Of a stretch of 64,000 nt of DNA, positions 53,284 to 64,000 are shown piece by piece. The translations under genes were made by a program, and so were the position numbers. The stretch lies in NCBI GenBank assembly GCA_002269645.1, contig NIVC01002511.1, forward strand, positions 62,001 through 126,000, in the 5' to 3' direction. The DNA is from Macrostomum lignano. Taxonomy: Eukaryota. The notes under the pieces were generated by a model. That model saw nothing but the letters and a program-made list of their open reading frames with translations. It ran no database searches and was not told the origin of the DNA. Within the stretch, counting starts at the first letter, position 1, and each line of letters starts with the position of its first letter.

Positions 53284-55143
53284 TTACCGAATACTCGAGC
53301 AAGTTTTTTTTTCGAGACTTTGGCGATGCAACTGTGTTACAGGTATATCACTTCCTGAACCAGGGAGTATAAAAATTAGATCACTGTAGTCCCCATGAGC
53401 TTGGCCACCACGTTGACGTCCTGAGCGGCGAGCGACCCCTGATTTGAATTCTGTTTGGCATTGATTTAAACCTTTATTTTTTCGAGGTGTACATCTGAAT
53501 TTGGGCCGGTCGTTTTGTTTTAATATGTTATTTCGTCTGCAACGCGAACCTTTTCTGTTCATTGGGCAGCAGTCGGGTTCATCCGGGTCGACGAGAGGTG
53601 AGTGCATGCTTCCAGGGTCCTCCGGGTCGACGAAAGGTGAGTGCATGCTGCCAGGGTCCTCCGGGTCGACGAAAGGTGAGTGGCATTCATGTTCTTCCGG
53701 TGTGGGTGAATGGGCGTAATCAGATTCGTCCAGGTCGACGACATTGGAAAAATGTGCATGACTAGCCTTTCCAACGTACAAAGAACGACGCCCTTGCCTT
53801 TTCTTTCTGTCCCATCCTTCTGTTGCCACATCCTCAGTTATCTCAGATTTCCTTTTTCTCCTGAAGCATGCCGCAGGTGTTCGCTGCAAAATGCGACACT
53901 CCGATACTCGTCGAAGAACAAGTGGGACATAGTGCTCAATAAACTTCGTTAACGAGGTTTTAACCGAAAACTTTTTTTTTACCATTGCGAACCAGCTTTC
54001 TACATGCGCGTTTGAATAAAACGATTTTGTATCTTTTTCTATTAAATGACTCCACGAAAACATGGCCCAAAAGGGTAATATTGCCAGGTATCGAAGTAAA
54101 AAAAAGTCTATCAGCTGGGGACAGTAAAACTCATTTTGTTTCAGATGTTCATGTGCCGATATGGTCGCCGTTGTGTCTATATTTTGATCGAGAATCCGCT
54201 TAAAGTAAATGTAGTACGGGGAGTTCTTTAGGATTGCTTCGCCGTCTGATTCTGTCGTGGTATCTGCGTCGTGAGTCACTCTCTTTCGGGCAGCCACTGT
54301 GTGTTCTACATAACGAGACCCAAAAATAGTAAGTGTGTCTTTAATGATTCCGACGCAAGTATCCTGATTGTTGGAATACTGGATTAAGGAAAAAAACTTT
54401 AGAAACAATGTCCGGCATCGTGGAGTGATGGATAGTTTCTTGCAATAGTCCGACACGGATTTAATAACGTGGTTACTACACAGGAAGACTCCATAACTTA
54501 TCTCACTTGGAACTTGTTGCATGAAAAAGTGGTAGTGCATGTTAAGGTATGTAGCCACATCAGTATGGTGGAAGTCGAGACAAGCGTATATCTGTGCCCA
54601 AGAAAAATCTGTGACGAAAAGTATGCTTACATCAGTTGAGCAGGGCGTGCTCATAAATTGCAAAATTTTATGCCGTAAAACCTTCAAGAAGTGAGAAATC
54701 GATGCAACGTTGTGCGAGTCGGATATTAAATTAGCGACAGAAGCAGATGGTACAGAATTCGTTGCCGATGTGACGATAGAATACAGCAGTATGGAGCCAG
54801 GTGAAGTACTTTTCTCAATCAGGGATCCCGTGGCGTCTATATGCAATACCGTAGGTGCAGCGTTGCGCAGCATTGACGTAAGCAGTGTTATCTCATTTTG
54901 GGAAAACATTACTACGCGGAGGGGATCTAAACAACGTTCAAGTATCATTCCGGGTAGCAATGGATGAGGAAATTTCTCTTCATATACCAATTTCAGCTTC
55001 CCTAAGGCAACGAAAAGCAGAGGGTGCAGCTGCTCCTCTTTTTCCATTAGACTTTTAATATTGTGCATGACAGTTTTTGTTTTGCATGCATCCCAGTTAC
55101 GAGACAATATAAAAGGCAAATTATCTAGCGACAAAAAACGCAT
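53284..55143 (-). CDS. Mutator/NOF-like DDE transposase (main ORF, 619 aa)
   Basis: LHIDATGS (D1), FVTDFSWA (D2), LCSNH (CxxH) and NAHVESWF (E), followed by the basic RRKRK motif. The ORF ends at a splice donor CG|GTAAGT (53288), consistent with splicing to the downstream exons. Confidence 0.8.
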   Translation of the reverse strand: MRFLSLDNLPFILSRNWDACKTKTVMHNIKSLMEKEEQLHPLLFVALGKLKLVYEEKFPHPLLPGMILERCLDPLRVVMFSQNEITLLTSMLRNAAPTVLHIDATGSLIEKSTSPGSILLYSIVTSATNSVPSASVANLISDSHNVASISHFLKVLRHKILQFMSTPCSTDVSILFVTDFSWAQIYACLDFHHTDVATYLNMHYHFFMQQVPSEISYGVFLCSNHVIKSVSDYCKKLSITPRCRTLFLKFFSLIQYSNNQDTCVGIIKDTLTIFGSRYVEHTVAARKRVTHDADTTTESDGEAILKNSPYYIYFKRILDQNIDTTATISAHEHLKQNEFYCPQLIDFFLLRYLAILPFWAMFSWSHLIEKDTKSFYSNAHVESWFAMVKKKFSVKTSLTKFIEHYVPLVLRRVSECRILQRTPAACFRRKRKSEITEDVATEGWDRKKRQGRRSLYVGKASHAHFSNVVDLDESDYAHSPTPEEHECHSPFVDPEDPGSMHSPFVDPEDPGSMHSPLVDPDEPDCCPMNRKGSRCRRNNILKQNDRPKFRCTPRKNKGLNQCQTEFKSGVARRSGRQRGGQAHGDYSDLIFILPGSGSDIPVTQLHRQSLEKKTCSSIR

Positions 55144-55189
55144 TCTAAACGCCTCCGTAGGTCCTAACTCTCGAATATCGGAACAAAAT

Positions 55190-55960
55190 TCAGCTCTCTC
55201 TCTCCTTGTTGTTAATGGTCAAAAAATTCTGCTTTGATTTCCTTGAATTGTAGCTTCTAATATGGTTGTAACCAGTCATTTTTAGGCAACATGTAGTGAC
55301 AGATTTCATTGCACGGCAAATAACTTCATTAGTGTTCGGCAGTGAGTATCTATAGCGAGGCCCCGATTGGGTCTCCTCCAATCGTAAATTGATTAGACGG
55401 ATATCTTCCTCACCTATCTCTATACTTAGTCGCTCAGACGCTTCACAAAACTGAATCTCTTCTTCAAACGATAGATTAGCAGAGGAGCTAGCACCAAACG
55501 AAGGACTAAGGCTGCAGGATTCATTTAACTCAGCGGCTTGAACACCTTCCTGGACGGAGGGTTCATCGCTTTCATCGTCAGTGTCCAGATGTTCAACGGA
55601 ATTGCAGTCAGGTTTATGTTTCTCCGAACTGGTGTTACTTTGGTTCACAGACTGTACATTATCGTTTTTTTTGCTTTCTTCCCTCCGTCGATCTTCAGCG
55701 GACGCTCGGACAGGAGACGCGAGCACGTTATTTTTTGCACATCTCCTTCTCTTTACAGTCTTTTTTCTCGAACGGAATCCCGTGCCATCCGCTTCTCTAT
55801 AACCATTCGATCTGCGAATGAAATTCCACAATATGACTCGATTACGCAACCGGTTTCTAATTTTCAGGACCTTACACAGGTAGGTATAGATTGGAATTGA
55901 TGTACGGAAACTGGATGGTCGTTCGTAAGTATCTGGAGCATTCTTCAGGGCAGTCCGAAC
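55190..55960 (-). CDS. probable N-terminal part of the transposase (separated from the main ORF by a frameshift)
   Basis: The frame is open from an acceptor TTTTTAG| at 55960 (VRTALKNAPD...LRNRVILWNF...RKKTVKRRR). It stops in a (GA)n tract that overlaps the frame of the main ORF. Confidence 0.5.
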   Translation of the reverse strand, partial: VRTALKNAPDTYERPSSFRTSIPIYTYLCKVLKIRNRLRNRVILWNFIRRSNGYREADGTGFRSRKKTVKRRRCAKNNVLASPVRASAEDRRREESKKNDNVQSVNQSNTSSEKHKPDCNSVEHLDTDDESDEPSVQEGVQAAELNESCSLSPSFGASSSANLSFEEEIQFCEASERLSIEIGEEDIRLINLRLEETQSGPRYRYSLPNTNEVICRAMKSVTTCCLKMTGYNHIRSYNSRKSKQNFLTINNKERES

Positions 55961-56074
55961 CTAAAAAGTTCATTTTGTTAGAGGAGTCTAAATAATTATG
56001 ACACCACCTCGTGCTGTCTACCTATGTACCTGTTTGATCCAATTTGTGTATAACTCAAAAATAAGCGTTCCAAA

Positions 56075-56325
56075 CTGTGGCGGATCTAGAATTTTATTCT
56101 GGGGGGGGGCGGTCCAAGTTTGGGGCGCCAACATGAGTTTGAGGGGCGCCAATTTTAAGCTAGGGGCGCAAAAAATGCGCGGAGGGGGCGAAAAATCAAG
56201 TTTAAAGGGAGCGCAAGTTCGCGGTTCACAGTTTTTGGTTTTTGGGGGGCGCAATGTGGTACAACGAGCTGTGTCGGCAGCCGCCCGCCCCGCCCCCGCC
56301 TCCCCCCCCCCTAAATCCGCCCCTG
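56075..56325. mobile_element. GC-rich MITE inserted in the foldback element
   Basis: TIRs CTGTGGCGGATCTAG / CTAAATCCGCCCCTG; flanks GTTCCAAA and GTTCAAAC form an imperfect 8-bp duplication. Confidence 0.65.
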
Positions 56326-57529
56326 GTTCAAACGTTAAAGATGCTAACGCAAAATGAACATAACCAACGAATTTCCCTTAACACATTAAAATTAGAACAG
56401 CAGGCGTTACTTCTACAAAAACTCTTAAAAATTTCACAAATTAACGTTTAACGCTCATACACGGATTAACCACTTGAGTTATTGAAACAGAAATTGTCAT
56501 TGCCCACCTCGTTCTTTGATGGAAATCCACCGCAAGTGGTTACTACCAGAGTAAAAGCCACAAGAGCAGCAACCACGACGGTTACTTTCCGCATTGCTCG
56601 AAGGTCTACAACACATTTTTCGAGGACATACACTGAATATTACGTAAGTGGCTAGTACAAATAGTTTCACTCAATATTTTCCAGGTAACTCTGGACGCTG
56701 AATAGCAGTTGGAAGTCGAGAAATAAATCAAGGAAAGATAAATAATCTACGTGTTCTTAATTTTAAGCATAGTGTACTTGTTTTTCCTACCTTAATTGAC
56801 GATTGTGATTCGATTACTGTCGCTCCGACAAAATAGTGACGTTTGCTATAGAAAAAAAGTTAATTCTACCCGATTTATTTTTCTTTAGCTAGTAATGCTG
56901 ATTAATAGAAATTTGGCTCTCGATGCTTGAAGGCGAAAAAACAATAGCGCAGGAGCCCACTGGAGTGGGTATACTAGCTTATATAATTTATCAAAGAAGC
57001 CCAAAAACTTCTCGGACATGTGAATGTACATTAGGCCGATACCACTACTTCGAAAAATCGATTAACGGGGATACAGTCTGACCAGAAGTGGGGGGTCAGT
57101 ATGCAGGGGCGGCGTGGCGGTGCAATGCTATTTGACAGAAAAGACGGATATTTTCTCACTTAGGTTGTACAGTAAGAGAAGCGATTACCATAGACTATCT
57201 TGAATTTTTTATTGTACAAGATGTGACTCGTGAGCTAAAAATTCGAAACGTGACATGCATCGGTGACAATAGAACAGTAGCAAGAGTCTATTTAAGTCCT
57301 GGATGTATTTTATGGAACTCTAACAACATACTGGCGAAGCCAGCATAACGTGTTTGCCTCCTTCATCCACACATGTGAGCGAACGTAGATTACTTGTTTT
57401 CAAAAGTTTCCCCGAACTTAGTTAATCAATATAAATGAGGCCAAAACAATGTTCTGCCTTCCTGCGTAAATAAATGAGCAAGATAAAAAAATGTTTACTA
57501 TCAAAATGTAACAAAATTTTGAGTCGAAT

Positions 57530-58715
57530 GGTCAAGCGAAGCCAAAGTGAGCGAACTTGAATATCGATCTGCCTTATAAAATCACATGTATTTTAAATGG
57601 GAGCACATCGAAAATCGGTGCCATTTCGAGCCAGAGTGACGGATCGAGCTGAAACTGTATATTTATCGGTTTCTGAGTTGCACTTTTTAGTGTGTAAAAT
57701 TTCATGTTGAATGGTCAAGCCAAAGTGAGCGAACTCGAATATCGATCTGCCTTATAAAATCACATGTATTTTAAATGGGAGCACATCGAAAATCGGTGCC
57801 ATTTCGAGCCAGAGTGACGGATCGAGCTGAAACTGCACATTTATCGGTTTCTGAGTTGCACTTTTTAGTGTGTAAAATTTCATGTTGAATGGTCAAGCCA
57901 AAGTGAGCGAACTCGAATATCGATCTGCCTTATAAAATCACATGTATTTTAAATAGGAGCACATCGAAAATCGGTGCCATTTCGAGCCAGAGTGACGGAT
58001 CGAGCTGAAACTGTATATTTATCGGTTTCTGAGTTGCACTTTTTAGTGTGTAAAATTTCATGTTGAATGGTCAAGCCAAAGTGAGCGAACTCGAATATCG
58101 ATCTGCCTTATAAAATCACATGTATTTTAAATGGGAGCACATCGAAAATCGGTGCCATTTCGAGCCAGAGTGACGGATCGAGCTGAAACTGTATATTTAT
58201 CGGTTTCTGAGTTGCACTTTTTAGTGTGTAAAATTTCATGTTGAATGGTCAAGCCAAAGTGAGCGAACTCGAATATCGATCTGCCTTATAAAATCACATG
58301 TATTTTAAATAGGAGCACATCGAAAATCGGTGCCATTTCGAGCCAGAGTGACGGATCGAGCTGAAACTGCACATTTATCGGTTTCTGAGTTGCACTTTTT
58401 AGTGTGTAAAATTTCATGTTGAATGGTCAAGCCAAAGTGAGCGAACTCGAATATCGATCTGCCTTATAAAATCACATGTATTTTAAATGGGAGCACATCG
58501 AAAATCGGTGCCATTTCGAGCCAGAGTGACGGATCGAGCTGAAACTGTATATTTATCGGTTTCTGAGTTGCACTTTTTAGTGTGTAAAATTTCATGTTGA
58601 ATGGTCAAGCCAAAGTGAGCGAACTCGAATATCGATCTGCCTTATAAAATCACATGTATTTTAAATGGGAGCACATCGAAAATCGGTGCCATTTCGAGCC
58701 AGAGTGATGGATCAA
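57530..58715 (-). repeat. 178-bp tandem subunits, right arm (~6.6 copies, inverted relative to the left arm)
   Basis: GCCAAAGTGAGCGAAC recurs about every 178 bp from 57541 to ~58610. Confidence 0.95.
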
Positions 58716-61654
58716 GCTGAAACTTAATTTTTGCAATGTTCTTGGTTGCACTTTTTTTCCTGTCAAACGGCGTTCTAAAATATTTTTGCAGAGCAGAGAT
58801 TTTGTTAGTTTTCGAATATCAATCTGAATATCGATCGGGAAACAAATGCGTAACTAATTTTGCATCGAAATAATTTTGATTTTGATTTCGAATTTCGACA
58901 CCATTCATCGAAAATCATTTTGAAATTTTGGTTATATTTTAACAATTTAGACATTGATGATCATGCTATACAAGTAAGAAAATCTATAGGAAGTGAAACG
59001 AAGTGCGGTTCAAAGACTCAGTGGGGAGGTGAGAATCGTCTTTTCTACAAGAAAAGATTGTGCGGGGCACACTGCACACACTGTTCTAGGCCTTGTGCTG
59101 CACCCACCTCAACCTCCACAAGCCCACTGGCTGAACTCATTGGCGTGGATTTTAATTGGCTAAAGATTTAAAGCCTTAATAAGATGGATATAGGCTACTC
59201 GTATCTAGATCTTCAGCTTAAACAGCGGTGAAGTATAATACAACTTCTACTATATTTCTATGTGGACGAGTGTATAATACATAATTCACCAGCATTTTAT
59301 ATTTTGTATTTTTTAAAGTAAGTTAAATATTAAGTATTCTGGTTTAAACATATCAAAGATACTTTTTATAAAATATGTAAGCTCATACATGCAGAGGCAA
59401 GGTGTTAACCTTTTTGCATAGCAAAAAAGTAAAAATTTGTTAAGCTTAAAAATTTTGATTTCGATTTTGATTTCAATTTTGATTTCGATTCTAAGGAACC
59501 GAAAATTTTGATTTCGATTTGGATTTGAAAAATAATTTCGATCCATCACTACAATGTATTCTGGGTTTTTTTGGGTCATATGGGGTTTTTTGGCCCCTTA
59601 AAAAATCTTATTGGCAACTGGATTTTTGGCATCAAAGGCCAATCTGGCAACTTCATTTTCCTTGTACCAGTTGCCAATTTAAAAAAATGATTTTGTAAGT
59701 GTAATAAAAGACTACACAAAAATTTAATAAAACTATATAAATCAATGTGATGGAATTATTAGTTTGTTATTATTTGCAGAATAGATAGCAATCTTAGAGT
59801 TGAGAAGAAAACAAATTTCTGCTTTTTAAGTGCAGCTTTGGAAATATCCATCCTTGAGAATGTAGCAGGCCTGCTTCCTCTATCTCTCAGAATCCCACTA
59901 AGTGCCACAAAGTTGTAGCAGGGGTTCCTACTTCTAGCTTATAATTCCACAGCTGAATCACCAAGTTGTTGCAGGCCTTCTGGCTCTCTCTATTTAATTC
60001 TAAAGTTTAAACACTGAACTGTACTAAAACTGCTAAATTTGCTATTTCTAAGAATCCTATTTCTATGCTTATGTGTACTTTTACGTTATGGGCTATCGTC
60101 GCTACGAGTTACCCCTGGTAGCTTCAGTGCCCGAGCGGCAAGACACTGCTGACTACTGTTAAATTCCTAAAATTATCCAGTCCAAACACGGCGCGTTTAC
60201 GACAGACCGAGGGGTTTCCGGCTTCCTGTCTCTCACGACTTAGAACTGCATCACGCTAATCTGAGCAACCTGAAAATTCTCCCTTCCTGGGTAATCCAAC
60301 CTTTCTACACTGGGTATTCCACCCTTTGTACTGGGTATTCCACCCTCTTTGCACTGGGTATTCCACCCTCTTTACTGGGTATTCCACCCTCTTTGATCAG
60401 CAATCCCTGCTTGTCACTGTACTGGCAAAACGCTTTCTGCTATCCAACACGGTAACTTAGTTTGCAATACTGCTTCAAAGGACTAATTCAGAAGAACCAA
60501 GAAATCTTAATTTCCTGTTAACTGATTAGGAACCCGAAAGGTTGAGGTTTCGTTTTATTTTGGCCTTGTATTTATACTAGTTAGAGTCTTGTTTCATTGG
60601 CTTACGTATCTAACATTAAAACAAATGAATAGCTAAAACAAATTATTCGCATCATTAAAACAATATTATTCAGTAAAACAAATTTACGAATTAAAACAAA
60701 TTATACGGTACTTGTTATTTTGGCGGGAATTTGATTTCGCGGAAAGATACTAATTTAAGCATAGGCCCTTCTACAAGAATATGGCTAGTTGCCAATGGGC
60801 AACCAAAAATAGGCATTGGCAATTGGATTTTGAGCCCAAGGGCCAGCTGACAACTAGATTTCCAACCTTAAAAAACTCAGAAAGTATTCATTTATAGACT
60901 CAAGAATAATTCTACTTGCTAGATAATTTTGCCACAGAACATGAGAGCCCTGGTTTAGACAGCTCATCAGATGCAAAACACAAATATAGTAGAGATACAA
61001 GCTATTTAAACCTGCAGATTTTGAGACTGCTAAATTCTAAGTTTATGAAACTACGAGTATTTTTGCATAGATTCTTAAATTGAAGTCAGGCTCTAAACTC
61101 TTAACTGGTTAGCAAAAATTTTAAAACTCCCGCGCGCTCAGGGTACGAATTTCCTAGAAAGCATCTTTCGCTAATTCCGGAATATAATCTGTCTATCCCC
61201 ACTATTTATAAATTCACAAAATAAGTTAAGTTCAAGTAAACTTATTTAATTATAACGCACATTCATTGCACTAGCTAACTATCAGCAAATCAATTCCTTT
61301 TTGTCGAATTCTGGAAAGTTTTTCTTTCGGTTTAATTAGGTATGGAAGTTTTTCATAGTTAGTGCATTGTTTATATTTGTATATAAATTGATACTTACTG
61401 ACCAACTTTTATTAGAATCGCGGTTTGCTACCTTATATTAGTATAACATGTCAGCTAGCGCTTATGTGCTTGCATGGTGTACGTACATGTACATGTACAT
61501 ATACATGTATGTACATGTTGAGTCGATCCAGTCGAGCTTCTTTCGAAATCGATATTTCCTAAAAAGTGAGCCTCCACATCCCGTGCGCAATTTCAGAGCT
61601 AAGTATAAGGGTCCGGGCCCAAAAATAAAGTGCCCTCTGTCTGATGTTCATGAC

Positions 61655-61843
61655 CAGCTGGGAGCTGGTACGGATCCAGAAAATTTTGAACGGGGGGCGC
61701 AGATTACTAAGGTACATGTATGTATATCATGTACATTGTATATGCACACGATAATGTGTATTTTCCATATAAAAAATATAAAAAATTCTAACTCGACGGT
61801 TGGGGGCGCGTGCTCTGTACGCCTGCCCCTAAATACGCCACTG
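61655..61843. mobile_element. short GC-rich MITE
   Basis: CAG...CGGATCCAG at the left and CTAAATACGCCACTG at the right; the 8-bp flanks TTCATGAC / CTCATGAC match at 7 of 8 positions. Confidence 0.6.
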
Positions 61844-63299
61844 CTCATGACATTCTAAATGTCAAATTTCATTCATGTTCATGTAATGCATGTAAGTGAT
61901 CGATTAAGTGCTTAACGCAATCACACAGTGCAGTGCTATCAGTGATACATGTTTTTCATGTGTGCACTAGTTTTAGGCAAAGTTAACTATGATCTTCGCA
62001 GGTTTTCATGCTGGCCAATTTTCTACGAAAATATATACATACGAGCATACATGTTATATTATGTATATGTATCATACTTATACACGCTATTATAGCTAAC
62101 AACTTATGCATGTTATTCAGTAGTACGAGACCGAGTAGTATTGCAATTATAATCTTCAAAAGGATTTGACACTAGAGTCTCTAAAACTCAGAGATAATGC
62201 AGGAGGCAGGGAACAGTGGGGCAACTGACCCCAGACATTGATGATTAATATCATCTTCAAGTTCAATGTAATGGGAGATCGAGGACATAAGTACATGATG
62301 TATTAGATTCATTTATTAGATAATTTTTTAGCGTATTTTCCTTATACTTCTACTGGCAGTAGAGTATAAAATAAAAGTTTAGTATAATTTAGGCTGGGTA
62401 TTTTTTGTGCGTTTCGTACTTAAACAATTATCGATATACCAGTTTTTATTTTTATATACGGTACAAGTATTTCGTGGTGGGTCTAGCCATATAAATATAA
62501 ATATATACTGGAGCGGTCTGTAAAGCTCACTACTTCTCTGCTGCAACTGCAAGTACAACTGTACGTAATAACCAACAGCATCCAGTCGAGGTCAAATGCC
62601 CCCCTGTTAAAAAAGGGCTTCGAAAAAATTTTCTTTGAAAAACTATACAGACGGTGGCTTCTGCTCGCTCTACTTTTTTGATTCCACGAAACTCTTCCGT
62701 TAAAATTATCTTAAGCTTTTATCAATGATTTCAACTCCCCAAAACTCAAACTTCCCCTCGGCATTAAAAAGTTTCATCAAATTAACAAATTTTCGTTAAA
62801 GTATCTCGCAGCAATCGTTCTCAACCTCAGGAGAACTAAACCCTTCAGGATTTCAAGTCCGCCCCAGCTCTTGGTACACTTTAATCCGAGTTAAGTCCAG
62901 CCCCATTAACCTTATCGATTCTAGCGAATGCAACGGAGCCATAAAACCGGTTCAGAATGCAATTTAAAAGGATTTTCTTGGCAAGATTTGATCATGATTT
63001 TTGCCAGTTCAACTTCTACAGCGACTGAGCTTCACAGTTCTAAAAATGTAGATTTTAATTTGATTCAGGACATACCTAATCCTCGATCGATGCCATGCTT
63101 TAACAAACTTGAGCGAGCTGTCCCGAACTTAATTTGTATTTTTCTGCTTTCATCGGATCGGCACTTAAATTATGAGTTGTATTGTATTTCTAGTTTCCTA
63201 AAAAGATGCGAAGCTGTTTTCTGTGTTTTGTTGATGTTGATGTTCATGAGCATGTGAAAGATGCTGTCCTGTCCCGTGCTGTGCTGTTTTGTGCTGTAC

Positions 63300-63490
63300 C
63301 AGCACCAGAGGCGCCAGCACCAGGGACTTCAGCACCAGGGACTTTAGCACCAGGGGCGCTAACACCAGGGGCTTTAGCCCAGGGACTTTAGCACCAGGGG
63401 AGCTAGCACCAGGGGCTTTAGCACCAAGGGCTTTAGCACCAAGAGGCTTTAGCACCAGGGGCACCAGCACCAGGGGCGCCAGCACTAGTG
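63300..63490. repeat. 15-bp minisatellite (TTAGCACCAGGGGCT)n
   Basis: About 12 degenerate copies. Confidence 0.88.
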
Positions 63491-64000
63491 GTACCCCTGA
63501 TATTGATGTAACCGGCTTATTGAAAAATAAGTTTACTATCGAATGAGTTTATATTACGCTAATTAACAAACTTGACCACAAAAATATGGTAATGTGGTTT
63601 AACCATCCTTCTATACACTGAATTTGGTTCCGAGCTCGGGAGCTCAGCTTTCTCTATCATGTCGCGAGTCTCAATCTGTCAGATGATCGAGACTGCCAAT
63701 TGCGTGTAAATACCACCCAAAGCTGACCAATCCTGGACTCAGCACAAGTGAGTTTGCTATAGGAGTGTCTAACGGGATTCCGATTCTGCTGCATATTGCA
63801 ACGGAGAGTGGAATTGAGTAGCCAAACCAGCCAACCGCCGGAGGATAGCAGCTCGCGGAGATTCCTCCGGATGAGCTGGTAGACAAGAAAGCAAAAGACA
63901 GCTGCTAGTGGCTACATAAGTAAGGAGAAGGGAAAGAGACTAAAATGATGTATTAATCCTGACTTAATCTGGCCTAGATGAGCTATCTATAGGCGCTGAG

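Larger units (their letters stand above)
50053..59551 (-). mobile_element. Foldback-type Mutator-superfamily (FB-NOF-like) DNA transposon, ~9.5 kb
   Basis: Termini TAGTGATGGATCGAAA / TTTCGATCCATCACTA. CAATGTATT is duplicated on both flanks (50043-50051, 59552-59560). Long inverted arms at 50053-50976 and 57445-58852 contain 178-bp tandem subunits, and the interior holds transposase, Ulp1 and PHD coding exons. Confidence 0.82.

Noticed and set aside
59605-60860. ~40-bp direct repeat (TTGGCAA.TGGATTTT...GGCCA..TG.CAACT) at ~59612 and ~60812
   Set aside because: Probably fragments of an old MITE; no boundaries or TSD could be defined.
63670-63925. GC-richer segment with GTGAGT/GTAAG donor-like sites, possible exons of a neighbouring gene
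   Set aside because: No frame gave a recognisable protein, and the window ends before context is available.

Overview
Repeat-rich metazoan genomic DNA with spliceosomal genes. The dense minisatellite landscape resembles the flatworm Macrostomum, but this is an impression rather than an identification. Three host genes can be spliced by hand with GT-AG introns and consistent phases: (1) a 16-exon + strand gene (3031-19364, about 1237 aa) fusing an N-terminal EF-hand-like region to an EMAP/EML HELP+WD40 (TAPE) domain; (2) a 4-exon - strand Dbx homeobox gene (24687-32352, about 402 aa); (3) a 5-exon - strand mitochondrial-type NAD kinase NADK2 (41267-45870, about 457 aa). Most introns contain tandem repeats. 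Mobile DNA includes two tRNA-derived SINEs, a mariner remnant, a solo LTR, a 5'-truncated RTE-like LINE, a hAT-type non-autonomous element and several short GC-rich MITEs. The most notable element is a ~9.5-kb foldback transposon (50053-59551). It has ~0.9-1.4 kb inverted arms built from 178-bp subunits and a 9-bp target duplication. Its spliced gene encodes a Mutator/NOF-like DDE transposase, followed by exons for a Ulp1/SENP-type protease and a PHD finger. Most long ORFs in the supplied track are translated tandem repeats, not genes. Exon coordinates were read by eye and may be off by a few bases.
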